Below, piece by piece: positions 60,563 to 64,000 of a stretch of 64,000 nt of DNA. The position numbers were made by a program, and so were the translations under genes. This DNA is from Phoronis australis (Eukaryota; Animalia; Phoronida): contig NMRA01000883.1 of NCBI GenBank assembly GCA_002633005.1, positions 26,157 to 90,156 on the forward strand. The letters run 5' to 3'. The first letter of the stretch is position 1; every line of letters begins with the position of its first letter. Below the pieces are notes generated by a model, which was given only the letters and a program-made list of their open reading frames with translations, had not been told where the DNA came from and searched no databases.

Positions 60563-63083
60563 TTAACAAAACTGATGCCGAACGTTCAAACTGAGCGTGC
60601 TTGAACTAAGAAGTATCCAAAGTTACAGTTGACCATTTGACAAAATACCGTAATACCCCACATACAAGCCACAATGGCGGAGCTGCCAAGTCTAGGAACA
60701 ATGAAAATGGAAAATACATGTTACCAGTAACTTCTTTTTGGTCGTCTTAGAAGGGAAAGCTAAAAACTTTAAAACACTGAATACTGAAAACCACCCTCTG
60801 CCTGACTTGCCGCTAATGCACGAGTCGAACTGGCGGACTAGCAGTCACTTACCGCGGCGGTGAAAGCGACAACTTTAGACAAAACGATTGGAGAATGACA
60901 GCTTTGTCTCAGCCATAGGCCTACGGCAAAAACCTTTTGCCGATCACATTGCCGACTTAACCTTGTACAGGTGTATTACTGACAGTATATTCGTAATACC
61001 GAACTTGAATAATTCACCGTAAAAATGGTCAGACTTTTAAACACTAATTTACCTATTGCAAGCTCCGTGCTTTGCATCTCGTGACACCCGACAAACAAAC
61101 AAGAAGTCGGAAGCGAGTACACTGTCGCTAAACGACGTTCCTTGTGGAATAAAGGGATGTTTTTTGCAGTATCCGAAAACGCAGCGACAAAGACAACAGG
61201 AGAAGCTTTTTAGCAGAGAATCGTACGGTCTTGATGTTAAAACTTGGAAAGGTGACGTTGAAGAAAAAAGTGTTTGAGGAAAAGTATTTGGGAGACAGAG
61301 AAAATGCGAAGAACCCCTCACCATCACTTGAAAAATGACAAAGCGATTGATGCCATATGTTGATGTAATACCGCATGGATATCCGGTGAATGTACGCTAA
61401 AGTAGATTATCTGTACATTGTCATAAATTTCAGGATATTTTGAACAAAATCAGCGAAGATACACTAACAATTTATCGTGCCGTCTGCTAACTATGCACCA
61501 AATGGAAAGTAGGTCACAGCTGATAGGATTCCCAGGTAAAATACCTGTAGGTCAGGTCGATAGCTCTGTTTCTGCTTTTTTAATCTCGGAGCGAAATATA
61601 TTGATCAAGAAATCTCAGGTTCCTGTGCAAGAAATTAGCTTCGATAGGTCTAAGGTTGTGAACATTGAAGTCAAACTACAACCTGTTGGTCACATCACGT
61701 GACCCAATGAACAAAAGTCTGATTTCTTCACGTTGGTTCAAGATTTACATGTTCATATAAATTTTACATTAAAGTGAAAAAATGAAAAATATAACTCTTT
61801 ATACTTTGAGCACTATACTGCACGGTGAGTTTGCAATAAAGTTAGCTTTTTATACCTAAAGTACATGTATTCAACGTGTTCTACGCACGCATTCCTCGTT
61901 TTCTCGGTAAGCGGATTCAGTTTGAAACTACACTGTAAATATGGAAATGACCAGGAAGAGTGTTTGTTTAAGCATTTGTTCTCAAGAACTAAGAAACACA
62001 CTATCTGGGCCCGCAAAAATGCACAAAATTTCCTTGTAGACAGCAATGACGATAAAAGCCAAAACGGGAGAGAAGAATGCACACGCTTTTTATGTTGTCC
62101 AGTTTCTATAATGAAGAGTTTTTTCATCTTTTGGACCAATATGCTGGTGGTCATTACAGAAGGTAACTGCAATTTGTCTTAATTGAGTACGTGTATGTAA
62201 GTTGTGAATTTGAGATCGTGCGTTGTATTTTATAGCACGCAAATTTGTTAAGAATTGTGCAGGGATCATTCAACAAAACATTCTAATTTTTCTTGAAAGA
62301 CTAAAAAGACATTGGTTGTTCTTGCGTCCGTGTCACATGCTCTACACCTATTTTTTAGAAATGCAAAACATTGAAATTTGAGGATGTCTTGTCTCTACAT
62401 TCCGTTTTTTGTGTAGCCAGGTCTAAGTTTAAGTGGAATAACTGCTTCACCGCTTCTCAGTCCTATCCTGCAAAAATGGTGAGTATTTTGTACCAAAACT
62501 TGGTAAACAATTAAAATATATACCAACGGACATGAAAAACATTTTTCACTGACATAGTGGACATGTTCAGGAGTTCACATTCTATGAAGGGTAGGTAATC
62601 AAAAGGAACGTAACTGTGCACTATGGGTGGTCACCTTGTACTCAAACGATAGAAAGTGAGGTATTATCCGTCTAGAAGGAGGTGAATAATAAACGGCCAG
62701 GCATAGACGGAATAATCTGTAAAACTTTTCAGCAAAATTCTCAACATCCGTTATGACCTTGACGGTCGTGTTACAACGCTTTTGTTATGCCACCGATCAC
62801 AAATCTCCCACGCAAACAATTACAGATGCATTTCTTTGCTGTCCTCAGCAAAGTGTTTACAAGTATATAAACTGACAGGCTTACACGATGGGCTGAATCC
62901 ATAATGGAAATTTATCTAAGAAGCAATGTATGTTCCGTCAAAAAAGATCAGCAGTTGTCTAAATACGTGTTGTCAAAATATAGTCTGACAGTATTTTTAG
63001 TTTTATTGTTTTGTTTTGTTATTCTGTTTGATTGGCATGACCTCTGAGTTAAGGACAGTGATGATGTAACTTGTTTACTACAG

Positions 63084-63430
63084 TGTAGTGTGGAACTATC
63101 TTGAAGACTCTAGCATGACAGTGATTAATGCAGTCTGGAATATTCTAGAGACTAGTATATGTTTGTAGAATGGTTGGGTAGATTCATGAAAGTTCTAGAA
63201 TGTGCTCGAATTGATGTAAAGTTCCAGAACAATGCATTAGGCTATAAATACACAAGCACGGGTTTGTGTTAGTCAGATCAAGTCAGTTTAAGAGGAGATC
63301 AAGTCAGTTGATCAAATAAGTTCAAGAAAGTTAATCAGGAGAAATACAGTTGAGTTGCAGTGAAGAGAATCAGCAGTTACAGCGATAGTCAATAGAGAGC
63401 AAGCTATAGAGGCAGCAGGTTATTGAATTT
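63084..63430 (+). mobile_element. Possible truncated LTR fragment
   Basis: Starts TGTAGTG, has repeated TTCTAGAA-like motifs, TATAAATA at 63243 and AGTCAGTT repeats; no matching CA end or PBS found. Confidence 0.35.
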
Positions 63431-63570
63431 TACTGTACTGTCGCCCACTTCACTGTACTCTCGCCCATTTTACTGTACTCTCGCCCATTTTACTGTACTC
63501 TCGCCAACTTCACTGTGCTCTCGCACATTTGACTGTGTTTTCGTCCAAAATACTGTGCTCTCGACCGTTT
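63431..63570. repeat. 20-bp tandem repeat, about 7 copies of decreasing identity
   Basis: Unit TACTGTACTCTCGCCCATTT. Confidence 0.92.
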
Positions 63571-64000
63571 TCCTCAGCTTTTGACACTGTCCCCATAATC
63601 TTTTTGTGGTGTAGTCTGTTAACGGAAGGTTTGTGTACCTGGATAACAAATTGATATCTTGTGTTCAAACACAATATAATTTGACCAATTTGTTCCAGTA
63701 TTCACTTGTTACTGTACCCAACAAGGTTGAATATATAGTTCACTGCCATTAAAACTATATTTTAAACTTATAGTCCGGATACCTATCGTCGTCAGGCTCC
63801 AAAGGTCGTCCGCCATCTTGTTTCGCGTGCAGCGCAACCACGCGGGACTTAGCGTTCCAATTTGGAGTGCTCGTCTGCACGTTAGGTACTAACCTCTCGG
63901 GAGAAACACGCATGGAAGAACTGAGACTAAAATTAGTGCATTTACCGACTGTTTTTTTGAGACCACTTAAAAACTTGTCGATTTTACTAATGCACTTTTT

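Overview
AT-rich eukaryotic genomic DNA, probably from an invertebrate animal (inferred from spliceosomal introns, transposon types and gene content). Bases 1-2133 hold the 5' end of a minus-strand Ty3/Gypsy LTR retrotransposon: a 302-bp LTR, a tRNA-Ser primer-binding site, gag with a CCHC knuckle and a ComEA-like N-terminus, and a U-UUA-AAC gag-pol slippery site. Most of the window is one plus-strand multi-exon gene that I assembled by hand. From 16816 to 54580, 36 exons have GT-AG splice sites and matching phases, and a putative last exon lies at 56069-56096 (about 1840 aa in total). It encodes a VWDE-like type I membrane glycoprotein: MIB/HERC2-like domain, 2 EGF, UMOD/OIT3-like Cys domain, VWD, EGF, three Cys repeats, 13 intact calcium-binding EGF cassette exons plus several decayed ones, a TM helix and a short tail. 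Upstream are C-type lectin exons, partly decayed, and a candidate signal-peptide exon. The introns contain many MITEs, DNA transposon remnants, SINE heads and minisatellites. The most interesting observations are a 39-bp minisatellite that multiplies a splice donor 8 times in frame, birth-and-death of EGF cassette exons, and strong enrichment of TACATGTA with paralog evidence that it is a Tc1/mariner-type excision footprint. All calls were made by eye; no database search was run.
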